DNA of 64,000 nt from Scyliorhinus canicula (GCF_902713615.1 NC_052153.1:142553772-142617771), one strand, 5' to 3'. Shown: positions 1-13,739, numbered from the stretch's first letter. Numbers and translations: made by a program. Notes: generated from the letters alone by a model not told the origin.

Positions 1-304
1 AGACTATACATAATTATAGGGGCACAAATGACTCTCCAGTAAATACCCACCACCTGCACAAAGTGAGACACAATTAATATGCAATAAAAAGATTCCCTTC
101 TCTCCAAATAAAATTTGAACTATCTGTACAGCCTAAACTTAAAAAGTAATTAAAATCAAAACCACATACAGTGCAAAACATAACCCCTCTTCCAGGACAC
201 CTGATGATATATTTATACAAGCATTTCTTTGTATCAGCATTTCTTCTTGAAAAACAATCAGGCAGTTGATGACTTGACCCCGTTATTTAATTTTAGCGAT
301 TTTC

Positions 305-582
305 ATATAATCCCTACAGTGTGGAAGGAGGCTATTCGGCCCACAAAGTCTGCACCAACCCTCTGCAAGATCATCCTTCCTAGAACCACTTACCTGCCCT
401 ATCTTTGTAACCCCAACTAACCTGCACATCTTTGGACTGTGGAAGGTACCAGTGCACCTGGAGGAAACCCACACAATCGTGGGTAGAACATGCAAACTCC
501 ACATAGACAGTCACCCAAGGCAGGAATTGAACCCGGGTTCCTGGCGCTGTGAGGCGCAGTGCGAACAACTGTGCCACCATGC
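305..582 (-). mobile_element. tRNA-derived SINE, HE1/V-SINE type, CR1-like tail
   Basis: Minus strand reads GGTGGCACAGTTG...GGTTCAATTCC (Pol III A/B boxes), then GTCCAAAGATGTGCAGGTTAG core and tail; the same sequence recurs more than 10 times in the window. Confidence 0.85.
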
Positions 583-1197
583 CTCCACTTCAGTGTTTGC
601 TTCAATCCAGCAATGACAATCTGCAACCATTTCTCATGTGCATTTCTCACAGAAGTAATGCCAAGACCATGTCTAGTTTCTCCTTTGGTAGTGACATTAC
701 CCATGTCTGAATATCCAGTAGAGTGTTATATTCCAGACAATCAGCTAGTCAAGTATAGAACTAGAACCCAGCTTTTCACATGTCTTTCAGCATTTATTTA
801 CAGAAATACATATTGCAAGTATATCTCCTCACCCCAACTATCAAAGTTTCAATCCATTCCACAAATAATCCTTAATAAATGCCCACCACCTGAAATTAAA
901 ATTACAATTAATGCAATTAAAGACAAATAATATGTGATTAACAAAGGATAAAAATCTAGGCATTGATTCCAGTCGGCATTGGGTGCTCAGATAGGGTCAG
1001 CGCAGCCTCCATGTCCCATTTGAAGATATTTGTGGAAGAATATGTCAGATTGAAGAGAGATTGGTGAAGAGGATTAAGTGTCAATTTTACTGTTACAGAC
1101 ATATATGGGCGAGGAAGTAATTATACTGCTATAAATGGCTATTGGATCACAATAACAGCTCCGACCATTTACACCATCCACACATATTACATCGAAA

Positions 1198-1501
1198 CAT
1201 ACATAGAAAATAGAAGCAGGAGGAGGCCATTCAGCCCTTCAAACCTGCTCCACCATTCTTTATAATCATTGCTGATTATCAAGTTCAACACCCTGATCAC
1301 GCCTTCCCCCCTTAACCCTTGATCCCCTTAGATCCAAGAGCTATATTTAATTCCTTCTTGAAATTCCCAATTGAAGTAATCCTCTGCTTTTATATTGTTC
1401 CTACCAAAGTGAACAACTTTATGTTTTCCCACATTGGCCGGGATTCTCCGACCCTGCGCCGGGTTGGGGAATCCCCGGGGGAACGCGAGAATTGTGCACC
1501 C

Positions 1502-1536
<35 letters not shown>

Positions 1537-2030
1537 CCCCGACGCCGGCTTGCCGATTTTTGGGCGCCCGCGGAATCACCGCCGGCCATTATATCTATCT
1601 GTCAGGTTTTTCCCACTTATTCAGTTTATCTGTATTGGTCCACAACTTCCTTATGTTGTTTTCACAACAGACTTGCCTACTATCTTTGTGTTATCTTGGT
1701 ATTTTTCTAATTGGCAGGTTGTGATGAGTGGAGTCCCTCAGGGGTCTGTGCGGGGGCCTCAACATTTTACAATTTATCTCAATGACTTAGACGAGGGGTG
1801 CGAAGGCATGGTAGCTAAATTTGCCATTTATGCATACCCTCTGTTTTTTGCCAGCCAGCCAATCTTGTATCCAGGCTAATATATTCGCCCCTACAATGAC
1901 ATTTTATTTTGTACAATATCCTTTGATGTGGCACCTTATCAAATGCCTTCTGAATATCTGATTATAATATGTCTATTGGCTCGTCTTTATCTTCAGAAAA
2001 TATTGCTTCTTCAAAGAGCTGCAAGAAATT
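1198..2030 (-). mobile_element. Decayed CR1 LINE 3' part (RT region and tail), containing a MITE and a small inversion
   Basis: CR1 3' tail at about 1200-1290; VVHFGRNN and SGVPQGSV motifs in the ORF track. Confidence 0.8.
1436..1587. mobile_element. Short GC-rich TIR element (PIF/Harbinger-like MITE) with long poly-C
   Basis: Starts GGCCGGGATTCTCC, ends GCCGGCC, ATT on both sides (1433-35, 1588-90); removing it rejoins the CR1 sequence. Confidence 0.75.
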
Positions 2031-2034
2031 CATA

Positions 2035-2535
2035 TAGTGCAGAAGGAGGCCATTCACCCATTGAGTCTGCACCAACCCCTTTATTCTGAGACTATACCTC
2101 TGGTCTGTGACTCTCCCTTGAGGGGAAACATCTTCTCAGCATTTGCACTGTCAAGCCCCTTAAGAGTCCGATATGTTTCAATGGGAACACCTCTCATTCT
2201 TCTAAATTCCACGGAGAATAGTCTTGTGGGTTTCCTCCGGGTGCTCCGGTTTCCTCCCACAGTCCAAAGATGTGCGGGTTAGGTGGATTGCCCGTAGTGT
2301 CCTAATAAAAGTAAGGTTAAGGGGGGGGAGGTTGTTGGGTTACGGGTATAGGGTGGATACGTGGGTTTGAGTGGGGTGATCATGGCTCAGCACAACATTG
2401 AGGGCCGAAGGGCCTGTTCTGTGCTGTACTGTTCTATGTTCTATGTTCTAACCTGTTTAACCTTTGCTCTTGAGACAATTTGTCCATACCAGGGATCATC
2501 CGAGTGAACCTTTTCAGAGCTGTCTCCAATGAAAT
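2035..2535. mobile_element. CR1 3' fragment (-) interrupted by a 5'-truncated HE1-type SINE (+, about 2222-2450)
   Basis: SINE core GGGTTTCCTCCGGGTGCTCCGGTTTCCTCCCACAGTCC and (CTATGTT)n tail; CR1 sequence on both sides. Confidence 0.75.
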
Positions 2536-3185
2536 AATATGGACAACAGTCTACCCAGCTCCCAGTAATAATAGTTGTGAGTGAAGGACCAAGCTTTCAT
2601 GGCCACAATTGGCTATAATAAATCAAGTTGAATTGGGCTGAGATTTTTTAAGTGTGGGAAGAGGGACTGTCACGAACTGAGAAGAGAATACGAGAGCATC
2701 TTCTGTGATATATTAGGCAAAATCAAAGGGCTACAAGCTAATATTTATGTACATCCAGGGGCATCTCCCGGATCCTTTAAGGCAAGACTAATATCATATT
2801 CCTTCTGAGCGAATGTGGAAACTGAGTTAAACAGGATGGAAGAACTAGGCATATCCAAACAATTCAGTTTGCAGAATGGGCAGCACCTGTAGTCCCCGTA
2901 TTGAAACCAGACAAGACCATCCACATTTGCGCGAATATAAAATAACAGTTAATCAGGTTCCAAGCTGGATAAATATCTAATCCTGAGAATCGAATACCTG
3001 TATGCAAAGCTGGTCGGAGGTCAGTCTTATGCAAAGCTGTATGTGATCATGCATACCAGCAACTCAAATTAAATGATGCTTCCTAGGGGTATGTCATGAT
3101 AAACACACACGTAGGCCTATTCCAGTAAAGATACCTGCAATATTCCAAAGGACAATGGAGAGTCTGCTGCAGGAGCTACCACATT

Positions 3186-4008
3186 TTTTGATTTGATTTG
3201 ATTTATTTATTGTCACATGTACCAAAGTACAGTGAAAAATATTCTACTGTGGGCAAGGAAACACACACAGTATGTATATAGTAGACAAAAAAATATAATA
3301 GATAGTTACAGTGAATGCGAAAAAGTACACGGTCTATCAATTAATAAGTAATTAGTTACAGTACGGAACAAGGGTAAAATAACAAAGCAAATACGACATG
3401 AGCAAGAGCAGCATAGAGCATCGTGAATAGTGTCTTATAGGGAACAGATCAGTCCGAGGGAGAGTCGTTGAGGAGTCTGGTAATTGAGGGGAACAACGTG
3501 TTCCGAAGTCTGGATGTGCGGGTCTTCAGACTTCTGTATCTTCTGCCTGATGGAAGGGTCAGAAAAAGGGAAAAGCCTTGGTGGGAGGGGTCTCTGATAA
3601 TGCTACCTGCCTTCCTGAGGCAGTGGGAGGTTTGGGCAGAATCAAAGGGAGGATGGCAAGCTTGTTTGTTGCGTTGGGCTGAGTTCAGCACACTCTGCAG
3701 TTTCCTGCGATCGTCGACCGAGCAGTTGCCATATCAAGCTGTGATGTAGCTAGATAGGATGCTCTGTTTGGCACAACTGTAGACGTTTATGAGAGTCGAT
3801 GCAGACATGCCAAATTTCTTTAGCTTCCATAGGAATTAGAGACATTGTTGTGCTTTCTTAACTGTTGCATCAACGTGAGTGGACCAAGACAGTCTGTTGG
3901 TGATGGTGACCCCAAGGAACCTAAAGCTATTGACAATCTCCACTTCGGAGCCATTGATGCAGACATGTATGTGTGTGTCAAACTACACTTCCTGAAGTTG
4001 ATGATTAG
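3186..4008 (-). mobile_element. Rex1/Babar-type LINE 3' fragment inserted in the Gypsy RT
   Basis: C-terminal motif LPSGRRYRSLKTRTSRLRNTLFPSITRLLN; (TTTGA)n tail at about 3186-3205; CACATT at both junctions. Confidence 0.75.
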
Positions 4009-4259
4009 TACACATTGCAGTATACTTTGATGATATCCTTACAACTGGAATGACAGAGGCTAAGCACTTGGAAAACTTAGACGAGGTGTTAAAGAGATTT
4101 CAGGAGGCTGGAATTCACCTCAAAAAGAGAAGTGCACTTTTCAAGCCACAGAGGTGACTTACCTGGGGCACCGTGTACATTCACAAGGATTACATCCTGT
4201 GGAAGATAAGGTCAAGACAATAAAGGATGCGCCTGCTCTCACAAACATAACTGAGCGGT

Positions 4260-4535
4260 ATGGCGGCAAGGTGGCACAGTGGTCAGCACTGATGCCTCAC
4301 AGTGCCAAGGGCCCAGATTCGATTCCAACCTTGGGTGACTGTCTGTGTGGAGTTTGCACATTCTCCCTGTGTCTGCGTGAGTTTCCTTTGGGTGCTCCGG
4401 TGCCCTCCCACAGTCCAAAGATGTGCAGGTTAGTTGAATTGGCCTTTCTAAATTGCCCCATGGCTTTCAGAAGGTTGGCGCAGACCCGATGGGCTGAATG
4501 GCTTCCTTCTGCATTGCAGGAACTCTAAGATTCAA
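4260..4535 (+). mobile_element. HE1-type SINE inserted in Gypsy
   Basis: A/B boxes, core and tail match the other copies. Confidence 0.85.
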
Positions 4536-5764
4536 ACTCAAATCATTTTGGGGGATGGTAAACTACTATGAGCACATTTTTACCAAACTTATCTACGGCA
4601 TTGTCCCTCTTGTATATTCTGCTAAAGAAACGCTGCTGTTGGTCTTGGAAGGCTCCCCTTGGAGGAAGCTTTCAACAGAGTAAAGACATTTCTGGATTCC
4701 TCAAATCTATTAATACATCCCGACCCATCTAAAGAACTGATATTGACCTGCAAAGCCCCTCCATTTGGTGTTGGTGCAGTGTTGACCCATGAGATGGGTG
4801 ACAGCTCTGAAAGACCGATAGTGTATGTGTCAAGAGCCCACGCAGAGGTCACAAAAGGCAACTCACAAATCGAGAAGGCAGGACTATCAATAGTCTTTGG
4901 CGTCAAGAAAGTCCACGAGTATTTACACTGGTCGGCACTTTACCATCATTTCTGACCACAAAACGCTTTTGGGTATCATCAAAGAGGACAAGGCTATCTT
5001 CAATCGCCTCAACAAGAATTCAACCATGGGCATTAATTCTGTCCGCCTATGAATATACTTTCAAGCACTAACCTGGAACACACAGAGCAAAAGCAGATGC
5101 TCTTAGCCACCCACACTTGCAAGAAGGTATCACAAATACTCCAGTACCACAAGAAATCATCATGGCATTAAATCTTTTCGACACATTGCCCGTCTTGGTG
5201 AACTGAACCAATCGAGATCCATTTCTGTCCAAAGTGAGAGATAAAGTACTTATAGGATAGGTAAATGAGCCAATTTCCATGAAAATTAAACCATTCTTTA
5301 CCCACCAGGATACATTGAGTTGTCAGGGTGACATCATACTCTGGGGGAAAAGAGTAGCCATTCCTGTACCAGGCAGAGAGCTGCTCTAACTGAATTACAC
5401 AACAATAATCCTGGCATCTCTAAGATGAAGATGCTTGCCAGAAGTTATGTGAAATGGTCTGGTATTGATGCTGATATTGTGAAGCTAGTCAAACACTGTC
5501 AGCAACGCCAACAGCAACAAAGCTGCTACAGCCTCATTACACCTTTGGGAAGTGATTGGTCGGCCATGGGTGGAAATACAATTCGATTATCTTGGTCCAT
5601 TCCTGGGCACAATGTTTTAGCTCGTGATTGGTACGCACTGTAAATGGATGGACATTTTTGAGGTGAAGTCACCTACATCGCATGCTACCACCGAAAGATT
5701 ACCGCAATGCCTGTCACAAAATACTCACAAAATCCCTGAAGTCATTAGACAATGGAACCATATT

Positions 5765-6108
5765 GGGGGCAGCACGGTAGCATTGTGGATAGCACAATCG
5801 CTTCACAGCTCCAGGGTCCCAGGTTCGATTCCGGCTTGGGCCACTGTCTGTGCGGAGTCTGCACATCCTCCCCGTGTGTGCGTGGGTTTCCTCCGGGTGC
5901 TCCGGTTTCCTCCCACAGTCCAAAGATGTGCAGGTTAGGTGGATTGGCCATGATAAATTGCCCTTAGTGTCCCTTAGTGTTGGGTGGGGTTACTGGGTTA
6001 TGGGGATAGGGTGGGGGTGTTAACCTTGGGTAGGGTGCTCTTTCCAGGAGCCGGTGGAGACTCGATGGGCCGAATGGCCTCCTTCTGCACTGTAAATTCT
6101 ATGATCTA
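5765..6108 (+). mobile_element. HE1-type SINE, full length, inserted in the Gypsy integrase
   Basis: GGGCAGCACGGTAGC...GGTTCGATTCC...CTATGATCTA; TATT on both sides. Confidence 0.9.
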
Positions 6109-6921
6109 TATTCACAAGTACTGAGTTTTGAAATATCACCACTCTCAATGGTATTAAACACATTACATCTGCTACCACCAAGCAGCAAACGGACCAGCCG
6201 AGAGAGCCATCCAAACTTTCAAGCCTGGCCCAATGAGACTGTCAGGTGGAACCTTGGAGACTGAAATTTCACGGTTCCGCCTTACCTATTGTACCACTCC
6301 ACATTCAACAACGGGAGTTACACCAGTAGAACTGCTAATCAAACATCATCTCAGAACGAGACTGAGCTTTGCCAGAGATAGTAGAAGCCAGATAAAGTAA
6401 TCAGAAAGCAATCCATGATTCACATAGTACAGCACGATCATTTATGGTGAATGAAACTGTATACATGAGAAGCTTGGGAAGTGGATTAAGTTTGATCCCC
6501 GGGATTACTGTCTCTTAGATCAGACTCCTTTCATACCAAGTAGATCCGGAGAGATGAACCATTCGTAAACATGAGGACAACTTGAGGAGGAGAGAGATGC
6601 TCCAACAGTCAATGTTGCCATCAAGAAATGTTTTCAAAACCACAAGCACCAAAGTATCTGACTGACCAGATATCGACATAACTGATGCCTCAGTGGAAAT
6701 AAATAGCGCTGAATCGCCCGTGCCCGTTATTGCTGTTCCTGTTAATGTTGATCCTATGGAAGCATCTCAGACAACAGAATTATGCAGCTCTGCGAGAAAC
6801 AAAAAACCCCCTTAAAGACAAAATTTATAATTGCCCGACTCATGTACATAATGTTTAGTTGCTATTTACGACTGAGTGAATTAATTGTTGAAGATTGTAC
6901 AAATGACTTAAAGGGGAGTAA

Positions 6922-7156
6922 TGTGGTGACTGTCCCTTTAAGGGCAAAATAGTAGAGTAAGGGTCACATGGCCAGTGCAACCAATCGGAACTCAGAGTGT
7001 GGAATTTCACCCCCCCCCCCCCCCCCCCAGGGTGAGAAAGGCTTCTTTGGCAAATATACATTTTGGGAGCTGGTTACAGCCATGCGGCTGCTGTACAATT
7101 CTTATGAATCTATATCTTTTGTGTTCATTAATGAAGTCTGAAAGTACATCTTTACA
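6922..7156 (+). mobile_element. 3' LTR of the Gypsy element
   Basis: TG immediately after the polypurine tract; ends ...CTTTACA; CCAAT box inside. Confidence 0.65.
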
Positions 7157-7567
7157 ACTGGCAGGGATCTATTTTCAATAAAAGCAATGTAAACAAGCTG
7201 ATGGAAGCAGCCCAAAGTCTCTCCTTTCCAACTGCTTCCAATAGTTATTAACAGCTAACAGCATGAGTATCTAATGGAGACTTCAGGCAGCTTCAATCAG
7301 CTCTTCAAGCCATTAACAACTACAGGGGGCAGTCAGAAAGTAACGATTTCAGACAGTTTAATTCAGATGGTTTTACCAACCACTCTGTGTAGTGGGTAAA
7401 TCAGATCAGAATGAATGTTGCCGTTATATGAGGTGGGGACTGTCTTGCAAAGTGGCAGAAAAATCAAATGAGTTTACAGGTTCCAGCATATTTTCTGGAA
7501 TAGTTTCACATAATATTATTGTTAATCTAAATTTAGCCAGTATCTTGGTGTGTGGTAGTTATGGGAC

Positions 7568-8157
7568 TCTGAAATTGCATTTGCCGATCGGCCGGAAAAT
7601 CCATTTTTATGCCAAAATCGGATCGGTGCCATTTTTTCAATGCTCTGCCCCCTCAAAAATGGCATACTCGAGGACTAGGCCGTGCGCCTTTGGGACGGCC
7701 TCAGGACGTCACCTGAGGCCCTCCCCCAATGCTCCATTCCCGATGAGCCGACACCCAACAGCGCGGGACAAGTGTCACTTTTCGTAAACCTGGCATGGCG
7801 GACTGTATCCCCTCCACAGTCAGGGGGAGCCGTTCCACTGGCAGGGGGGGCTTCGGCGGCGCTGAGGGACTGGTTGGGGGTGCTACAGGAGGGCAGTTTT
7901 TGGCAGGCCGGGTCCGCCCATGGACCGCGCCATGTTGTACGGTGCGGCCACCACAGGCCGCTATCGTGCGCATGCGCGGCCATGGACCCGGCTATTCTGT
8001 TCTGCGTCTGTATCGGCAGATAAAGCCGGGGGCTTTATGGGGAGCAGCTGCTAGCCCCCCACCGGGCGGAACATCAGTGCGGGCGCGGCGCCGAAGATTT
8101 GGTTGTAAGACCAGACGGATCCTGCGGACATAGCTGCAGAATCGGAGAATCCAGCCC
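7568..8157. mobile_element. GC/CpG-rich Harbinger-like MITE, left end truncated
   Basis: Right TIR GGAGAATCCAGCCC; reverse-complement homologue of 22541-23192. Confidence 0.75.
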
Positions 8158-9704
8158 AAGATGTTACACAAAACTTTCACATGCCAGTGAACTGGCTCAG
8201 AAAGATTGATTATTAGCTACCCTTATGCAGTTTCCCCACTTATCTCCAAATATTAACAGGACTCGGCTGGACAGAGCGATTTTTGTTTTTATTATTATGG
8301 AATTACATAGTAATTGCTTATAACTGAATGATTTCCGAGTTCACTTCAGAAAGCACTAAGATATACCCAAATGCTGTAAAATTGGAGCCACATGTAGGCC
8401 AGAACAGTCTTTGAAGGACAGTCAGATTTTTAAAATCACAGTTCAGCATCTTTGAGGGTGCGTTTTGCTGATGGCACACAACAAATTTCTGTGATAGGAT
8501 TTGAACTCATTAACTCAGAGCTGTTAGACCAGTACCTTAACTGTCGCACTTCCAAATATAATTATTCAGTAGATGCCTACTCATAAAATCACTAGCCCCT
8601 TAGCAAGCAGTTAGTGTGTGTTCTATTTCTAAGAAACAGAATTATTAAATCTCATGGAAGTATTCTTCACAATGTCAGCATGGATAAGCAGTCATATCAG
8701 CCAGTGTTATCACTTCATGTTTCCACAATAGTCCCACAGTATACAGAGCGGATCTTCAAATACGTTTTAAGGAATTGTCCACTCTGAAACTAAATCAACC
8801 AAAAGGGTTTTGCAAGCTTTATTGCAATACTTCAGCATAGGATTGTCATAACTGGGAATATTTTGAGTAGATGTATTTAAAGATATGCAAATCCAGCAGG
8901 CAACCTCTGTACCACATTGAAGCATTTTCACTCAGGCCTTTAAAGAGCCAGCTGAAGGGCATCTTAAGGAAAATTCTAGGGAATCAAAAACATTTTGGCG
9001 AATGTGCTACTTTGTCTGGAAGTTTGATCTCTTCCGAATATTTTTTCCACAGCTCTCAGTTAGTGTGAAAAGAAATGAAGAAATCATTTCATGAAATCTA
9101 CCTTCCATAGAGTTATTTATATAGCAGAGGACTATATGTTACATATCCAGCTTATTTTTAAATGTGATTTTACATTAATTATACATATATTTCTGTTGCA
9201 AGGTTTTCTTGCCTAAATTGTCTCCCCCCATTTATGGTCAGGTGTCAGGCATGAATGGTCTGTTAAATTCCCCAAATTTTAGATTAAGGGATGGTTCAAG
9301 TGAGAGATTTAGCAAAGATCGTGTCAAACAGTGGTATGAATCTTTAAATCACCTTAAAAGCTGGGGAATATGATTCTGGTTGAGGTACACATACCTTCAA
9401 CTTTTTATAGCACAGCTGCTGTTGGTTACAGCCTTTCATAATTATCTAAATTGGCACTTTTCAATATTGCCTATGAAGAATTTATACCCAGATAGTCAAG
9501 TTACAGTTCAACTCTGTTTTATTATTAAAATCCAATTTTCTGCCTGGTAATAATTAAAAAGAGAATTTACACACACTAGATTATATCCCTTCCTTCAATC
9601 ATTCCTAATCATTGTATGTTAATTTTGTGCACGTTGAGGCCATTAACTGGGAATTCACCTATGCTCTGATAAATAGGAACAGGTTAAACTGTGAGGGTTA
9701 TATA

Positions 9705-10032
9705 ATCATGGAATCTCTACAGTGCAGCAGAAGGCCATTTGGCCTATCGGGTCTGCACAAACCCTCCAAAAGAGAACCCTACCTAGACCCAGCCCCGCCC
9801 TGTCCCCATAATCCCACCTCACCTTTGGGCACGAGGGCCAATTTAGAATGGCAAATCCACCTAACCTGCACATCTTTTGACTGTGGGAGGAAACCAAAGC
9901 ACCTGGAAAAAACCTACACAAACACACGGGGAGAATGTGCAAACTCCACACGTACAGTTACCCGAGATTGAAATCGAACCCATGTCCCTAGCACTGTGAG
10001 ACAGCAGTGCTAGCCACTGTGCCACTGTGCTG
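9705..10032 (-). mobile_element. HE1-type SINE
   Basis: Full head, core and tail on the minus strand. Confidence 0.85.
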
Positions 10033-12779
10033 GTCAGGAGTTAGATAAAAATGCATAATAATTGTCTCCAATTCTATCTTGGTTTCCTGGAGCAGAACAA
10101 TAGGTGACAAGTCTGTGCCCTAAAATAAAGACAAGAGATCTTTTTCTGCAAGGGCAGTTCCCTGGTCCTGTTGATGATCTGCCTGTTCAGTGAAAATACA
10201 GCTTTACGAGGTGTTAGAACCCTCAGAAAGAACCGTTCTATACATCACAAAGATAGACTTCCAATACACCACTGACTAATGTTAGCTGTGTATATTTCTT
10301 GAGACAAAGGAACAATATAAGGTGCTCCTCAGTCAGTATTTTTCAGGCTCTCTGGGACTGGCTCAGATATGCCACAACACCATTTTTCCAAAGATTGGAA
10401 TGTTGGCATATTGGCCCCCTTGTGGGGCCAAATGCGCCACTTAAGTGGCTAATTAAGAGTTACTTCTTACCTGGGCGGATATTCTTCCCAGTTTGAGAGG
10501 GCTCAGTGCAACATGGGGCGACCGCCGATGAAACCTCATGGCCTCCTTGTAGGTCCTGGATTCCGTGAGCTTCCTTTATGCCACTTTCATAGCATCCCTC
10601 CAATCCCATTTAGCTGTCTTTAAGGGTGTGTGGCCGTTGAGGCAACCCCACCTAACAGCTGCAACCATAGTAATGGCCACCACTGGCAGTAGCGCTACCA
10701 AGGTTACTAAACTGCCAGCCCTCTGATTGGCAAGAAGCTCTTGGGGAAGGCCCAGGTAGCAACCACATAATTGGCAGCTGCCATCAAAATACAGCCCTGA
10801 GTCAACGCTCACAAAATTGGATGATCACACACAACGGCAAAACAATGGTGCTGAACTGACAGCATTTTTGAAGTAATGATCTGCTGAAGAAAAGTATGTA
10901 TCGTCTTTTAGCATGCATGAGTCAGTAATCCTTAGATTTGGGGGAAAATGTGTTCAGTGGGTGGAAATGGATAGAGACCATTTAACTACTTTCTAATTAG
11001 GCGTGGAGAAGTGTAGGAGAAGTACATTAATTATAATCAGTGCAGTAATCCCTACTTGAAAGAGATGTTGGGTTTAATAAACAAGCTTGAGAGCCTCCTC
11101 CGTTATAATTAATTGAACCTGCATTATATCTCATGGTTCAAAATAGTGTGGGGTTAAACCATTCCTTTAAGTTTATTTATTAAACTTTGATTTTCAGGAT
11201 AAACAAAGACTTTCTATTTTGCATTAAATTCATGTTTAATAATCATAACATTAATAATAATTACCAATAATATATCAAGTGAGAGTTAAAAAGTTACAGC
11301 TTGTTGTGGGGATGAATTCAGTTCTGGGTTATGAACCTAGTAGAGGTGACTGACAAGTAAAAAGCAATAAATCAATTTTCATCCCCGTGAAGATTGTTTG
11401 CTGTCAAAGGAACTGCTGGTGTAGATGGGAAACAGCTAATGTAAGTGAAACAATGTTCCAGCAATTAAAGACAAAGCATGCCTTTCCAACTCTATCACGA
11501 ATAGCAGTGTGGTCTGTCATCAAACATCAAAGGCAGAGGAATACACAAAATTCCAACCAGTGGCATGGTGAACAGCTGAAAGACTTGTGCCCATCTCTGT
11601 GTTAGTCACAGAGTGATCATGCCGCCATTTTCTTTCCCAATCATGAAGGAAGGCATCAGAATTAATGTAAATTGTGACCTTACAATAACTACACAAATGC
11701 AAACCTGAATATCGATAGCTGTTTAGAAAGTTAGTCCAATTGCCAAAATTAACAGGTATTTCTTTATCTTACCGCAGTAGCAGGCCTAGAATTTGTTCTT
11801 AGAACTTTAAAGAACTAGTTCTCCATCAGAATAGTTATAAAAACCAAAGTTGATTGGTAAATAATCTCCCTAACAATTCAAGCATCTAATAAGAACATTT
11901 ATATTTGAAAAATGGAGAGGGAATATTGACCATTTCTTAAACACTTGAATTGATTATGGTCGAGGTAAGAGATTCAGGATCACAGTGTTAATCAACAACT
12001 GATGCGACATTTGTTTTTTTTTCAGTTAATTACTTTCTGCATGATTGCATGCTTTGCAATTACCATAGATTATTTCAATTTGATGATAGTTGCACATTGC
12101 AGTAAATTCAAAGTTTAACAAATCAGTTTCAGTTGACATATTTGTCATAGAAACAGCAATGGCTGTATGTCATAATAAAGTTGAAGTACAACAAGACTGG
12201 CTTTTAATAGTGTGTTATGATTTACTTGCCAAAAATCACTTTAAGGTCAACTTATGTGGTTTGATTTCGGACGACTCAAGGTCAGTTTTAAGTTTCCCAG
12301 TATTACATACTAATTAAATTGGCTTGTGAAGATATTCTTTACTGATCAGGTCACAGAGATCTCACAAAGAAAGGTCAGAACAGTAATTCATGGATTTTGT
12401 TGAAGTTAAGGTCCCTGTCTGGATTTCATGGAAGTCAGTACACTATCTCACATGTATTTATATTATAAAACAAACATAATTGAAACAAAATAATTCAAAA
12501 TATGTTAAATAGTTTAGGTTTTGAAGAACACATTCTTACTCTGCAGATTGATACGGTTATATCATCTGCATTCGAGAAACAAGAATTCATTCTTCTTTAT
12601 ATAGGCAAAACTAGAAAGTATGACACATATTGGCCTTAATTGGGAAATACTTTTGGTGTGTTGGATCTTGTCGCAGGTATGTTAATGGTTTGCACACATT
12701 TGGTTGAACAAATTAGGTGTGATGAATAAAGTCCCCAACCTTTGTCAGAAGGATCCAATCATAAAACTATGAGCCCAAG

Positions 12780-13290
12780 TCTTCAGACAAATAGCAGCCT
12801 AACTAAGTGGATAACTAAGGAAGTTAAAGATGTGTCAAATTGAAAGGTAAGTAAACTGAGCATTGGCACAGGTGCTGGAGTGTGGAGACTTGGGGATTTT
12901 CACAGTAACTTCATTGCAGTGTGAAGGTAAACTGACTTGTGACACTAATAAAGATTACTATTACTATTAATCTTATAAGCAAAGTTTGAACAAGTTGGTC
13001 CTGTTGGAATTGAGAAGAATAAGAGATGATCTTATTGAAGATCCTGAGGGGACTTGACAGGGTGGATGCTGAAAGGATGTTTCCCTTTCTGGGCGAGGCA
13101 AGAACTCGAGGAGACAGTTTAAAACTAAGGGGTCTCCATTTAAGATAGGGATGAGGAGAATTATTTTCTCTCAAGGGATCGTGAGTCTGTGGAACTCTTC
13201 CGAAGTTGTGTTGGCAGCGTCATTGAATATTTTCTTGACTAACGACGGAGTGAAAGGGTATGGGGAGTTAGCAGTAAAGCAATGAAGGCC
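12780..13290 (+). mobile_element. Old CR1 fragments with an inserted SINE tail (about 12870-12968)
   Basis: WITKEVKD-like ORF2 piece; CR1 3' coding end at 12975-13270; tail CACAGTAACTTCATTGCAGTG...TAATAAAGATTACTATTA. Confidence 0.65.
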
Positions 13291-13739
13291 CTGCGAGCAG
13301 CCTTTGGTCATCTGGGATTATGGTGACTTTACTTTATATGTGCTGCAAATACTTTATACCATACCTCTCTATTTCTCTTTCAGTACCTGATTTGACACTG
13401 AATAATGCATTTTTAATTGGCTCTCCCTTCACGGTCCTTGCACCAGGTTTTAAAGATTATTATTATTTAAAATGATTATATGCTACTCGGGGTACGAAGA
13501 GAGAGGTAGGTCATATTTGTCCTTTTAAGTGTCACGTTTGGTGGAATTCCAGCTGCAGCATTGTAACAACATCTTAGAGTGGATTAACAGGATTAAATGT
13601 ATTGTTCAGAGTGAAGTACGAAATGTTGTGGAAGGCTTGGTTGATCCACCTTAAGATAATTAGTTTAAATCATATTGATTTGAATATTTATACAAGGGTA
13701 CATAGAAACAGGGAAGGAGGGGTGGGGGGGGACAAGGGC

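Larger units (their letters stand above)
2540..6921 (+). mobile_element. Decayed Ty3/Gypsy LTR retrotransposon internal region (protease, RT, RNase H, integrase)
   Basis: EWAAPVVPVLKPDKT (about 2875), HIAVYFDDIL (YxDD, about 4011-4040), RNase H ERPIVYVSR...SQIEKAGLSIVFGVKK, integrase KMKMLARSYV and WMDIFEVKS; many stops and frameshifts; polypurine tract AAAGGGGAG at about 6910. Confidence 0.9.

Noticed and set aside
1319-1879. Polyproline and polyglycine ORFs
   Set aside because: They are translations of a C homopolymer inside a MITE within a CR1
5765-5845. tRNA genes at SINE heads
   Set aside because: They have A/B boxes only and continue into SINE core and tail; no complete cloverleaf or terminator
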